Assembly (NCBI GenBank): GCA_963722445.1 | Contig: CAVRMZ010000065.1 | Location: 1-50,152 of the forward strand | Reading direction: 5' to 3' | Source of the DNA: an uncultured Bacilli bacterium | GTDB taxonomy: Bacteria; Bacillota_I; Bacilli_A; RFN20; CAG-826 | DNA: 50,152 bases | Part shown: in pieces, positions 8,959 through 18,529 of the stretch | Layout: every line of letters begins with the position of its first letter | Numbering within the stretch: the stretch's first letter is position 1 | Notes under the pieces: generated by a model | Database searches by the model: none | Seen by the model: the letters and a program-made list of their open reading frames with translations, nothing else | What the model was told of the DNA's origin: nothing | Position numbers and translations under genes: made by a program

Positions 8959-10899
8959 ATGGCAGAACAACAGCATTTATTAGTCGTTACTAATCTTAGG
9001 ACCTCGTTTAGGGTTCCGGCGGGCGAAGTTCGTTCCGTTGCTGGCATTTCCTTTTCGGTCGACAAAGGCAAGATCCTTGGCATCGTGGGGGAATCTGGTT
9101 CTGGCAAATCTGTGACCGCTTCCTCCATTATGCAGATTCTAGTCGCTTCCGGAAAAATCAAGGAAGGTTCCTCCGTCGTCTTTGAGGGAGAAGAACTGGT
9201 CGGAATGAAGGAACGGGAGCTTCGCAAAATCCGGGGCGATAAGATCGCGATGATTTTCCAGGATCCAATGACTGCCCTTAACCCCGTTTACACCATCGGT
9301 CATCAAATGGAAGAGGCTATGCTCCTTCACAAAAAGAGTCGAGTCGATGCTTTGATTGAGCCTCAAAAACGGCAGCTTCGAGACGATGAGACCGCTTTAA
9401 CGCGCTTATTGGCGGCTCGCAAAACTCTCAAGGGCGCAGACTCAGCTTTTGATGAAAAAGCCAAGGACTCTTTTAAATCTGAGATAGATTTGAGAGCCAA
9501 AATCGCTCAGGACAAGGTAGACCTCAAGGTTGGGAAAATAGAAGCCAAAGGCCAGGCCGAATATGAGAGAACGGTCGCTCAAGACAAATACCATTACGAG
9601 TTTAAAAAGCTTTCGTTTGCCTTCATGAACGCCTTAAGAGGCAGAGCTGTTGAAAAACGTCAAGAGGCTTCTCGGTACGCCAACGAAAAGCAAGCCGCCT
9701 TGCGTCTTGAATCCAAGCACGTCAAAGAGAAAGCGGCTTTGATTTGCGCTGATTCGAAGCGTCTCCATGTTCAAGAATGGGCCGAAGCCATCCATCCTCT
9801 TAAAGCCGAAATCGCTTTAAAAGGCACTCCTTCTATCCGCCGCCAAGTTCTTAAAGAACAAATCGTTGCTCTCGACAAAAAATATTCCCTTATTGTCGAA
9901 GCCGACCAATCGGCTTACAAGAAAACGATGAAGGAAGCGGGCGTTATCTATGCCAAAGCCCTTAACGATCTCAAGGCTGAGCATAAAACCCGTCTTAAAC
10001 AAATGAGAATTCACCGAAAAATCGCGATAAAAAATGCCTTTTTTGACCTTAAAGACAGTTTTGAAACTTATCGTGCTTCTTTTAGGGTAACGAAATATAG
10101 CGCCAAAAAACGAGCGATTGATATGTTGACGTTGGTTGGTGTTAACGAGCCGGAAAAGCGAATGAAACAATATCCGTTTGAATTCTCGGGCGGCATGCTC
10201 CAAAGAGTCATGATTGCCATGGCCTTACTTTGCAATCCCGACCTTCTCATCGCGGACGAGCCGACCACCGCTTTGGATGTTACGATCCAAGCGCAAATTC
10301 TTGAACTCATCAAGGACATTCAGAAGAAACTTGGGATGGGCGTTATCATCATTACTCATGATTTGGGCGTCGTTGCTCAAATTTGTGATGACGTTGAGGT
10401 CATGTATGCCGGACGTATTGTCGAGAGAGGAACCGTCGATGAAATTTTCTACAATCCAAAACATGAATACACCAAAGGTCTTATCGCTTCGATTCCAGGT
10501 CAGAATGCTGTCAAAGGTCGGAAACTTCATCCCATCGAAGGAAACCCGGTTGATGTCTTTGCTCTTCCCAATGGTTGTTCTTTCGGCCCCCGTTGTGAGA
10601 GATGCATGAAAATCTGTCTTGAGCGGTATCCTTTCGAACGAAGGATTTCTTCTGATCATTATTCCTCTTGTTTCTATTCTGCGTTCGAAGACGTGAAGGC
10701 CGGAAAACTGAGCAAAGAGGATTTCATAACCTATATCAATCAGGGCTTCGTAATTGATTCCAAAAACGTTCATCAAATCAAAGAAAGCCATTTAAGGCAC
10801 TTGATTAAGTGGGCTGAACTGAAACTCAGTTTTCAAAAAACCCAGCTCGCCCCACAAGCGGAATCCAAAGATAAGAAGAACGGAAAGGAGGCCAAGTGA
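8959..10899 (+). CDS. oppD: Oligopeptide ABC ATPase OppD with an internal helical insertion of about 255 aa
   Basis: Walker A GESGSGKS, FQDPMTALNP, signature FSGGMLQR, Walker B LLIADEPTT, and C-terminal Cys-rich GCSFGPRC..C. Confidence 0.92.
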   Translation: MAEQQHLLVVTNLRTSFRVPAGEVRSVAGISFSVDKGKILGIVGESGSGKSVTASSIMQILVASGKIKEGSSVVFEGEELVGMKERELRKIRGDKIAMIFQDPMTALNPVYTIGHQMEEAMLLHKKSRVDALIEPQKRQLRDDETALTRLLAARKTLKGADSAFDEKAKDSFKSEIDLRAKIAQDKVDLKVGKIEAKGQAEYERTVAQDKYHYEFKKLSFAFMNALRGRAVEKRQEASRYANEKQAALRLESKHVKEKAALICADSKRLHVQEWAEAIHPLKAEIALKGTPSIRRQVLKEQIVALDKKYSLIVEADQSAYKKTMKEAGVIYAKALNDLKAEHKTRLKQMRIHRKIAIKNAFFDLKDSFETYRASFRVTKYSAKKRAIDMLTLVGVNEPEKRMKQYPFEFSGGMLQRVMIAMALLCNPDLLIADEPTTALDVTIQAQILELIKDIQKKLGMGVIIITHDLGVVAQICDDVEVMYAGRIVERGTVDEIFYNPKHEYTKGLIASIPGQNAVKGRKLHPIEGNPVDVFALPNGCSFGPRCERCMKICLERYPFERRISSDHYSSCFYSAFEDVKAGKLSKEDFITYINQGFVIDSKNVHQIKESHLRHLIKWAELKLSFQKTQLAPQAESKDKKNGKEAK

Positions 10900-10902
10900 G
10901 AT

Positions 10903-12093
10903 ATGGCCAATGAAATTAAGACCGTTAACGCTTCCGTTGAAGCTAAAGCAGAGCCAATTGTCACTCGCAAGGCCCCTAAAGAAACTCCGATTCTTGAAGT
11001 TCGTCATCTCAAGATGTATTTCCCCACCAATACGGGCTTCTTAAAAACCCGGGACCTCAAAGCCGTCGACGATGTTTCGTTTGTTGTTAAACGAGGAGAA
11101 ACCCTTGGGGTTGTCGGCGAATCTGGTTGTGGGAAGACCACTTTAGGCCGCACGATTCTCCATCTTTATAAGCCCACTGGCGGCACGGTTATTTTCGATG
11201 GCCATCCTATTATCACGAAAAAAGACGTGGCTTATTTGCACTTGCATGCCCAAATGGTTTTCCAAGATCCTTATTCGTCCTTGGATCCTCGCATGACCAT
11301 CGAAGACATCATTGCAGAGCCTCTTGACGCTCACAAGAAATTGTTTAAGGAGCAGCCGGCGATCATCAAGGAAAAATTCGACAAACTTCTTAATGGGGTA
11401 AGCGATTCTAAGAAGATCGAAGAACTCAAAGCCGCAGAAGCCAAAGAAGTGGAATTAGCGTCTAAATCGTATAAAGAATGGCGGCATGAGAGGGTTCGTT
11501 CCCTTATGGCCACCGTCGGGCTCTCTCCAGAGCAAGCCACGCGTTATCCCCATGAATTCAGTGGAGGCCAGCGTCAAAGAATCGGCATCGCTCGATCCTT
11601 GGCTCTTGACCCTGAACTCGTCGTTTGCGACGAGCCAGTGTCCGCTCTTGATGTCTCTATTCAAGCCCAGGTTCTCAATACCTTTGAGGAGCTTCAGGAA
11701 AAACTGAAGCTGACCTATATCTTTGTTGCTCACAACCTTTTGGTTGTTAAGCATATATCCGACCGCATCGCGGTCATGTATCTCGGACATGTAGTCGAGT
11801 TGGCAGAAAGCAAAAAGCTTTTCGAGGAGCCGATGCATCCGTACACGGTCTCACTCCTCTCTGCCATCCCGGTTCCAGATCCGAAATCAGCCCGAAAGAA
11901 CGAACGCGTCGTTCTCAAAGGGGATATTCCAAGCCCACTTAACGCACCAAGCGGCTGCCCGTTCAGAACAAGGTGCCCCTTCGCCAAGGATGCCTGTGCC
12001 TCGGCTAAAGGGACCCCTGTTCTCCGGGAAGTCCGCAAAGGGCACTTTGTGGCATGCCTCTTCCCGCTTCAAGCCGGAAGGACAGGAATGTAA
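10903..12093 (+). CDS. oppF: Oligopeptide ABC ATPase OppF
   Basis: [27 protein letters not shown] and GCPFRTRCP motifs, with a ~40-aa charged insertion. Confidence 0.93.
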   Translation: MANEIKTVNASVEAKAEPIVTRKAPKETPILEVRHLKMYFPTNTGFLKTRDLKAVDDVSFVVKRGETLGVVGESGCGKTTLGRTILHLYKPTGGTVIFDGHPIITKKDVAYLHLHAQMVFQDPYSSLDPRMTIEDIIAEPLDAHKKLFKEQPAIIKEKFDKLLNGVSDSKKIEELKAAEAKEVELASKSYKEWRHERVRSLMATVGLSPEQATRYPHEFSGGQRQRIGIARSLALDPELVVCDEPVSALDVSIQAQVLNTFEELQEKLKLTYIFVAHNLLVVKHISDRIAVMYLGHVVELAESKKLFEEPMHPYTVSLLSAIPVPDPKSARKNERVVLKGDIPSPLNAPSGCPFRTRCPFAKDACASAKGTPVLREVRKGHFVACLFPLQAGRTGM

Positions 12094-12127
12094 TTGGGCA
12101 TTGCCCAAGAAAGGATTTTCGAAAACT

Positions 12128-13981
12128 ATGAAAAAGAAATTTGCGTTTGCGTTTCTTGTTTTAGCCCCCGTCATTTTGGCTAGCTGCGGCAATACCAGCA
12201 GCTCCTCTGCTTCTGGTGGTTCTTCAACTGCCGGCTTATCTTCTTCGGGTTCTAACTCTGTGGCCAGAAACGGGGCTTTCACCGTTTGTATTGCCTCCGC
12301 ACCTACCACAATCGATCCAGGTCTTAACTCCACCGTCGATGGCGGAACTTACGATAGCCACCTTTTCGAAGGCCTCTATCGTTGGAGTTACGTCGGAACT
12401 TATCCCAATGGTGTCGTCAAACTTGTCCCTGGCCTTGCTAAAGCAGCCCCGGTCGAAGTTGATAATACTGATGGAAGCGTTACTTTCACTTATACCTTAC
12501 GCGATGGTTTGAAGTGGAGCGACGGAACGACACTTACCGCCGGCGACTTCGTTCGCACTTGGAAGAGAAACGTTAACAAGATCACTGCCGCTAGTTATTC
12601 TTATCTCTTCGAAGCGATTAAAGGCGGAGCTGCTGCCGAAAATGAAACGGATGGCGCTTCTTTAGCTGTTAGTGCGACCAATGACACGACTCTTGTTGTC
12701 ACTTTGGGCACGAAGATTGCTTATTGGAACGAACTGACCGCTTTCCCGGCTTTTTCACCCATCCCGTCTTCAGCTGATAAAGATGGCACATGGGTCGCTC
12801 CGACGAATGCTGCGAACATCGTCACCAATGGGCCGATGAAGGTCAAAGCATACGATCAGACGAAACTTGAACTCGTCCCGAATCCAAATTACTATGACAC
12901 AAGTTCTGTCAAAGCCACAGACATCACTTTTGCTTTTACCGCCAACGTGTCGGCTATGCTTACTTCTTATGAAGCCGGCTCTTATTCCTTCATCGATGAT
13001 TTCCCAACCGAAGATATTTCGTTCCTTAAGACTACTTTGCCGAAGGAGTTCTTCGATGTTGACCAGCTTGGGACCTACTATACCTGCTGGAACGTCGATA
13101 GTACCGCTTTCGATGCAAAGCTTGATACCGAGGCCAAACGCACTGATTTCCGTCATGCGCTTGCCCTTCTCATCAATCGCCAATACATCGTTGATTCCGT
13201 TTCCAAAGGCGGGGAGATTCCGGCTGGCGGATTTGTTTCTAAAGGTTTAACCGAAGCTGACGGCGCCACCCATTGGAACACCAAAAACGGACCTAAAGGG
13301 GATGGAAGCGGCTGGTATAAAACGGATTCTGCCAGTTTCGCTGCTAACGTCGCCGAAGCTATTACGCTGCTTAAGGGAGCTGGCTTCAACTACGATACCG
13401 CTTCCGCGAAATTTACCGATATTCCGAGTTTCGAATACATCTACAACGATAACGCCCTTCACGAAAGCATTGGCGAAACCATCCAAGGCATGTTTGCCAA
13501 ATATGGCATTATAATGACTTTGTCTAAGTCGGATTGGAATACGTTTATTACCACCCGTAAATCTGGTGACTTTACCTATGCCCGTAACGGCTGGCTTTGC
13601 GATTACAACGATCCGATTTCGGAACTGGATATGTGGACTTCCCAAAGCGGCAACAACGACGTGCAGCTTGGCAAAGGCCGCAACGCCAGTCTTGCTATCT
13701 ATTCCTCGGATTTGAATGCCGATGGAACAATTGCTGATTCCGAAAAGAACCTCACCTGGGCGCAAGCCTATGACGCTCTTATCGCCACGATTAAGTCGAC
13801 CTCGGACAACACGCAACGCTTCAAACTCATGCACGCCGCGGAAACGACGCTTATGAGTACGTGGGCTTTGACTCCGATTTACTACTACACCGATCTCTTC
13901 CTCAAAACGGAGAGTATGGATGGCTACTTCACGACGCCGCTAGGTTTTAAATTCTTCTACGGCGCTACTGTTGCGGCTTGA
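12128..13981 (+). CDS. oppA: Oligopeptide-binding lipoprotein OppA
   Basis: Lipobox LASC after MKKK; FTYTLRDGLKWSDG and NGPMKVK family-5 solute-binding motifs; start taken at MKKKF. Confidence 0.92.
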   Translation: MKKKFAFAFLVLAPVILASCGNTSSSSASGGSSTAGLSSSGSNSVARNGAFTVCIASAPTTIDPGLNSTVDGGTYDSHLFEGLYRWSYVGTYPNGVVKLVPGLAKAAPVEVDNTDGSVTFTYTLRDGLKWSDGTTLTAGDFVRTWKRNVNKITAASYSYLFEAIKGGAAAENETDGASLAVSATNDTTLVVTLGTKIAYWNELTAFPAFSPIPSSADKDGTWVAPTNAANIVTNGPMKVKAYDQTKLELVPNPNYYDTSSVKATDITFAFTANVSAMLTSYEAGSYSFIDDFPTEDISFLKTTLPKEFFDVDQLGTYYTCWNVDSTAFDAKLDTEAKRTDFRHALALLINRQYIVDSVSKGGEIPAGGFVSKGLTEADGATHWNTKNGPKGDGSGWYKTDSASFAANVAEAITLLKGAGFNYDTASAKFTDIPSFEYIYNDNALHESIGETIQGMFAKYGIIMTLSKSDWNTFITTRKSGDFTYARNGWLCDYNDPISELDMWTSQSGNNDVQLGKGRNASLAIYSSDLNADGTIADSEKNLTWAQAYDALIATIKSTSDNTQRFKLMHAAETTLMSTWALTPIYYYTDLFLKTESMDGYFTTPLGFKFFYGATVAA

Positions 13982-14005
13982 TATCGGGCAAACAAAGCTA
14001 TCGAG

Positions 14006-14029
14006 GGGAGGCCAAAAGCCTCCCTTTTT
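14006..14029 (+). terminator. Terminator of the opp operon
   Basis: GGGAGGC-CAAAA-GCCTCCC followed by TTTTT. Confidence 0.85.
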
Positions 14030-14078
14030 GTGTATTGATTTCCAATATAACTGAAAATTACACTATTATTATATTGAT

Positions 14079-14543
14079 ATGATTAAAACTAACGTTATGA
14101 GACTATTGGAAGTTGCCAAGATCTCCTATATTCCTCACGAATACGATCCTGGGCTTGTGGATGGGATGAATGTGGCTTCCGCCTTATCCCAGGATCCAGA
14201 AAGAGTTTTTAAAAGCCTCATTTGCGTTAACGAGAAAAAAGAGCATTTCGTTTTTGATGTTCCGGTTAACCGAGAACTGAATCTGAAAAAAGCGGCGCGG
14301 GCTTCGAATTCTAAATTCATCGAAATGATCCCTCTTAAAGAGCTTCTTCCCTTGACGGGATACGTTCACGGAGGCTGTTCCCCAATCGGTTTAAAAAAGC
14401 CTTTTCCGCTTTATGTCGATGAAAGGGCAAATTCCTATCAAACAATTCTCATTTCGGCAGGAAGAAGGGGATTCCAAGTTGAGCTTGGACCCATTGCTTT
14501 AATAACCTACTGCCATGGTGCATTCGCAGATCTTGCTGATTAA
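14079..14543 (+). CDS. ybaK: Cys-tRNA(Pro) deacylase YbaK
   Basis: KTNVMRLL, VFKSL and LTGYVHGGCSPIG motifs; ISAGRRG. Confidence 0.92.
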   Translation: MIKTNVMRLLEVAKISYIPHEYDPGLVDGMNVASALSQDPERVFKSLICVNEKKEHFVFDVPVNRELNLKKAARASNSKFIEMIPLKELLPLTGYVHGGCSPIGLKKPFPLYVDERANSYQTILISAGRRGFQVELGPIALITYCHGAFADLAD

Positions 14544-14983
14544 ATGAAGCGGGCAATCATTTCGGCAACCTGGGAGAGAATTTCTATTTCGCTTTTTAAG
14601 CCATTGATTTTCGGGGAATCGACATCGAAGACCGCGATGACTTGTTTGTTGGAAAAAAGCGGAAAAACCGCCTCGCTTTTAACGATGGGATCACAGCAAA
14701 TATAGTTTGGGAATTTTTTTATGTCGCTGACATATAAAGGGTGTTTCGTCGCGTAGCAAGTTCCCACCACGCCTTTTCCAGGTTTGATTTGAACACAGGC
14801 GGGAGAGCCCTGAAAGGGGCCGAGATTTAAAATGCCTTTCTTCTCGTCATAAACATAAACCCCAACCCAAGAACCTTCACCTAGGTTATCTTTTACTAAA
14901 GCCAAAGAGTTGAGAAGTTTCGAAAGCGAGTCCCCCTCACCACTCAACGTCGAGCGAACCCCAAAAAGAACATCTTCATCCAT
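14540..14983 (-). CDS. msrC: GAF-domain free methionine-(R)-sulfoxide reductase
   Basis: WVGVY, LGPFQGSPAC, GKGVVG, YICCD, SEAVFP and DVDSP motifs. Confidence 0.85.
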   Translation of the reverse strand: MDEDVLFGVRSTLSGEGDSLSKLLNSLALVKDNLGEGSWVGVYVYDEKKGILNLGPFQGSPACVQIKPGKGVVGTCYATKHPLYVSDIKKFPNYICCDPIVKSEAVFPLFSNKQVIAVFDVDSPKINGLKSEIEILSQVAEMIARFI

Positions 14984-15044
14984 GGCTTAATAATAGACGA
15001 AAAAATGCATCAAATAAGTTTTTTGCGCTAGTTAATTAATAAAG

Positions 15045-15410
15045 ATGAATAAGCAAATCGAAGAATCCAAGTCAAGCGCACTTCTATCCTTCCTTTCCTA
15101 TTTAATCAAAGAAACGATCTACCCATACGGATATCAGGTGCCAGGACATTACAAAGCAGAAAAATTAAAAGAAAAAATATGCAATTGTTTTCATAATGGA
15201 ATTTTAAAAGTTGAAGACTTGCAAAATAAAAATGGTCGTTTAATAGAAAAAGACATTTTGCTTAAAGAAGTCTCGAACGAAATCTGTTCGATTGTTTCCC
15301 AAGATTTGGAGGGTTATTTTTTAATGAATTCTAATAATTTCTTTTATCTAATCGATTATAGAATTTTTTCAAAAGACGTTTTTGAAAAAATAATTCAAAT
15401 ACTTAGATGA
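15045..15410 (+). CDS. Hypothetical AT-rich orphan protein
   Basis: 121-aa ORF filling the gap, with no recognised motif and about 20-27% GC in the lines counted. Confidence 0.5.
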   Translation: MNKQIEESKSSALLSFLSYLIKETIYPYGYQVPGHYKAEKLKEKICNCFHNGILKVEDLQNKNGRLIEKDILLKEVSNEICSIVSQDLEGYFLMNSNNFFYLIDYRIFSKDVFEKIIQILR

Positions 15411-15464
15411 ATTTCCTAATGATAAAAAACAGGAAAAAAGGTAATAATATTAAAAATGTAAAAA

Positions 15465-15536
15465 ATAGCACTCAAATATTGACAGTGCTAAATTGCACAC
15501 TAAAATAAAGTTAGCACTAAAAGAAATGAGTGCTAA
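15465..15536 (+). promoter_or_regulatory. Tandem CIRCE (HrcA operators) overlapping a sigma70 promoter
   Basis: ATAGCACTC-N9-CAGTGCTAA (15465-15491) and TTAGCACTA-N8-GAGTGCTAA (15511-15536); TTGACA-N16-TAAAAT at 15479-15506. Confidence 0.88.
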
Positions 15537-15551
15537 TTTGGGAGGCAGCAT

Positions 15552-15986
15552 ATGAAAAACGAGATGATGAATTACAACAACGATCCTTTATTGGATCCTT
15601 TCTTTGGCTTTTTAACTTCGGATGTGGGCAGCGAGGGCAAAGAAACCCATTCCTTAAGTATGAAGACGGACATAAAGGAAGACGATAAAAATTATATTAT
15701 GGATATTGATCTTCCTGGAATTGAAAAGAAAGATATTTCCGTCTCTCTTGAAAATGGTTATCTCACGATAAAGGCTCAGGCCAATCGAGATTCTTCAGAG
15801 AAGGACAAAAAGGGCAACTATATTCATCGTGAAAGATTCTCTGGAATGGCTAGCCGAAGCTATTATGTCGGTGACATCGATGAAAAATTTGTCCAGGCAA
15901 CTTTTAACAATGGCGTTTTGTCTTTGACTCTTCCGAAAGAAGAGGAAAAGAAGATCGCGCTTCAACACAAGATTGCCATCAAATAG
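15552..15986 (+). CDS. Hsp20/alpha-crystallin small heat-shock protein
   Basis: MKTDIKE, DLPG, RERFSG and ATFNNGVLSLTLPK motifs; GGAGG RBS; CIRCE upstream. Confidence 0.95.
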   Translation: MKNEMMNYNNDPLLDPFFGFLTSDVGSEGKETHSLSMKTDIKEDDKNYIMDIDLPGIEKKDISVSLENGYLTIKAQANRDSSEKDKKGNYIHRERFSGMASRSYYVGDIDEKFVQATFNNGVLSLTLPKEEEKKIALQHKIAIK

Positions 15987-15999
15987 CCTTGCTGCTAAT

Positions 16000-16027
16000 A
16001 AGGAAGGTTTGTGCCTTCCTTTTTTCT
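16000..16027 (+). terminator. Terminator after hsp20
   Basis: AAGGAAGG-TTTGTG-CCTTCCTT followed by a T run. Confidence 0.8.
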
Positions 16028-16077
16028 TGTTTTATCTGGTTAACGATGCCACTGATATAATTCTTCTGGGCAAAAAC

Positions 16078-17274
16078 ATGGAATGCATCGAACTTCAAAA
16101 AGATTTCTATTTTGTCGGGGTTATTGATCATAGCCTTAAAGTTTTTGATGTTGCTGTTTTGACGGACTGCGGGACTTCTTATAATTCTTACCTTTTGAAA
16201 ACGAAAGAAGGGATTGTTGTTTTCGATGGAAGCAAAGCCGCCTTTGCCGATGAGTATATCGAACATCTAAAGACCATAGCTCCCCTTGAACAGATCAAGT
16301 ATCTTATTGTTTCTCATACGGAGCCCGATCATTCAGGCTCCATCGAAAAATTGTTAAGCCTTAACCCTAATCTTACGATTGTGGCTAGTTTCGGAGCTCT
16401 TACGAATTTATCCAACATTTTGCGGAAACCTTTCAAAAAGGTCCAAATGGTTCCTGACGGAGAAATGAAATTCGGTGGCTATACCCTCCACTTTGTCTCG
16501 GGTTTGCTTCTTCATTGGCCGGATGTGATGTTTACCTATATCAAGGAACTTAAAACCTTGATCAGTTGCGATGCTTTTGGGGCTCATTTCGCCTCCGATT
16601 CCATACTTCTTAGCAAAGAGCCCGATAAAGCCGGCTATCGTAAGGCGCTTGAATACTATTTTACTAATATTATGTGTCCGTTCGGAAATTACGTTTCCCA
16701 AGCCTGCGACCGGGTTGAGAAGCTTGATATTAAGATGATTTGCCCAGGCCACGGACCGGTCGTGGACGAGGCCATCAAAGGACAAATTGAGATCTATCGT
16801 CGTTTAGCCTTGCAATTTACTCCTATTAACGATCCTAAACACGTTACCATTGTTTTCTCATCGGCCTATGGCTATACAAGAGGTATGGCCGAGTATCTCC
16901 GCGATAGTTTCGTCAAGGATGGAAAAAAGGTTTCGTATTATGAAATTTCTGTTTTGAATTATGAAAAAGTCCGCTCCGAAATAATCGAAAACATTCGTTC
17001 TTCGGGACTGGTGCTTTTAGGATCGCCTACCATCGTCGGAGATGCTATTTGTTTTTTCTATGATCTTCTATCCCATGTATATTGGACAACTGGACAAGGA
17101 AAGAAAGCCTCTGTTTTCGGCGATTTTGGGTGGAGCGGTGAAGCGGTAAAAAACCTTTCCGAAAGACTAGGTCAGCTTCATTTCACAGTTATTCCAGGAT
17201 TTCGTTGGACTTTCAGGCTAGATGAAGAAGGGAAGAAAGAACTCTTCAAGTATTACGAGAGGCTTTCCGAATAG
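16078..17274 (+). CDS. fprA: Flavodiiron protein (FprA family; O2/NO reductase)
   Basis: SHTEPDHSGS, LHWPD, CDAFG and PGHG motifs plus a C-terminal flavodoxin domain (SAYGYT, GDFGWSGEA). Extended -10 TGATATAAT at 16053-16061. Confidence 0.9.
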   Translation: MECIELQKDFYFVGVIDHSLKVFDVAVLTDCGTSYNSYLLKTKEGIVVFDGSKAAFADEYIEHLKTIAPLEQIKYLIVSHTEPDHSGSIEKLLSLNPNLTIVASFGALTNLSNILRKPFKKVQMVPDGEMKFGGYTLHFVSGLLLHWPDVMFTYIKELKTLISCDAFGAHFASDSILLSKEPDKAGYRKALEYYFTNIMCPFGNYVSQACDRVEKLDIKMICPGHGPVVDEAIKGQIEIYRRLALQFTPINDPKHVTIVFSSAYGYTRGMAEYLRDSFVKDGKKVSYYEISVLNYEKVRSEIIENIRSSGLVLLGSPTIVGDAICFFYDLLSHVYWTTGQGKKASVFGDFGWSGEAVKNLSERLGQLHFTVIPGFRWTFRLDEEGKKELFKYYERLSE

Positions 17275-17289
17275 AAACAATGTTCTCTT

Positions 17290-18474
17290 TTATTTTAGAA
17301 TCGGAATTATCTTTTCTTGGCGGCCCGCCACGACAACGGGTTTACGATTTTTGATGTAAACGTTGGTTTCGCTTCGCATCCCAAAATCCGGAGCATAAAT
17401 TCCAGGTTCTAGGGAGAAAGTCACGCCATCGACGATTTCTCGAGTGTCATGTGATTCATAATTATCAATATTGACGCCAGGGCCATGCGGGCCGACATCG
17501 ACAGCGATGTTATGCCCAGTTCGATGAATAAAGTATTTTCCATAGCCTGCCTCATCAATTACTTTTCTTGAGACATCATCGACTTCATAACCTTCAACTT
17601 TGCGTTTTGGTAATTCGATCGACAGGAATTCAACACATGAATCAATGGCTTTGCGGAGTATTTGAAAACGTTTTTCATACTTGGAAGGCACTTCCATGCC
17701 AACATACCCCATCCAAGTGATATCAGCGTAAACAGCATCGGGTTTGTCCATTTTTGCCCACATATCGATAAGCACTAAATCCTGTTTTTGAATAGTTGAA
17801 AAAGTGCAATTATTTGGGCCGTAATGGGGATTCGAAGCATTCTTTCCTATTGCCACAATAGCGGGGTCGTCATAAACCATTCCTTCCTCATGGAAACGGT
17901 CACAAATGAATTTCTGTATTGTGTATTCATCGGTGTGTCCATCGTTTTCGATAAGTTCTTTTATCTTTGCAAAAGCTTCGTCTTTTATCTTTAATGTAAT
18001 CTTGTCGGCCTGCAATTGAAGAGCGTAGGCTTTGGCGTCATAAACTGCCGAAAATTGCTGAAGCAAGTCTCCGCTTGAGAACACCTCGATGCCAAGATCC
18101 TTGATAAATTGGACCGAACCATAGTCCGCTAAAGAAATCCTTGGGAGAAGGCCATCCTCTGACACATCCATTAGAACTTTTTTGTATTTGGCAAAATCCT
18201 TTTTTTCCAAAATCAGCATTTCTTTCCAAGTATGGTAGATATGTAAATCGAAAGCTGCCAAAGTTTCTTTTTCGCTTAAAAAGACCGTATCAATAGAGTG
18301 GCAGATAATATAAGGCTTGGAATCTTTTGGAAAAACTAGAAATATTTTTCTTGTCAGCATTTTCTTTCCAAGAAACTTTACCAAAGTAGGATTTTGGTTC
18401 TCATAGTCGACGACTACCCAAGCATCGACTTTAGCTTTATTTAATGCATTTTTTACTAAGATAAAATTGTTCAT
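17290..18474 (-). CDS. M24 Xaa-Pro aminopeptidase family protein
   Basis: NASNPHY, LIDMWA, ADITW, HRTGH, LEPGIY and RSETNV metal-binding motifs. Confidence 0.88.
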   Translation of the reverse strand: MNNFILVKNALNKAKVDAWVVVDYENQNPTLVKFLGKKMLTRKIFLVFPKDSKPYIICHSIDTVFLSEKETLAAFDLHIYHTWKEMLILEKKDFAKYKKVLMDVSEDGLLPRISLADYGSVQFIKDLGIEVFSSGDLLQQFSAVYDAKAYALQLQADKITLKIKDEAFAKIKELIENDGHTDEYTIQKFICDRFHEEGMVYDDPAIVAIGKNASNPHYGPNNCTFSTIQKQDLVLIDMWAKMDKPDAVYADITWMGYVGMEVPSKYEKRFQILRKAIDSCVEFLSIELPKRKVEGYEVDDVSRKVIDEAGYGKYFIHRTGHNIAVDVGPHGPGVNIDNYESHDTREIVDGVTFSLEPGIYAPDFGMRSETNVYIKNRKPVVVAGRQEKIIPILK

Positions 18475-18529
18475 TTTTCGAGTCCCGGTGATATTGTATC
18501 ATCCCTGAAAGAGGTCCAATATATTGACA

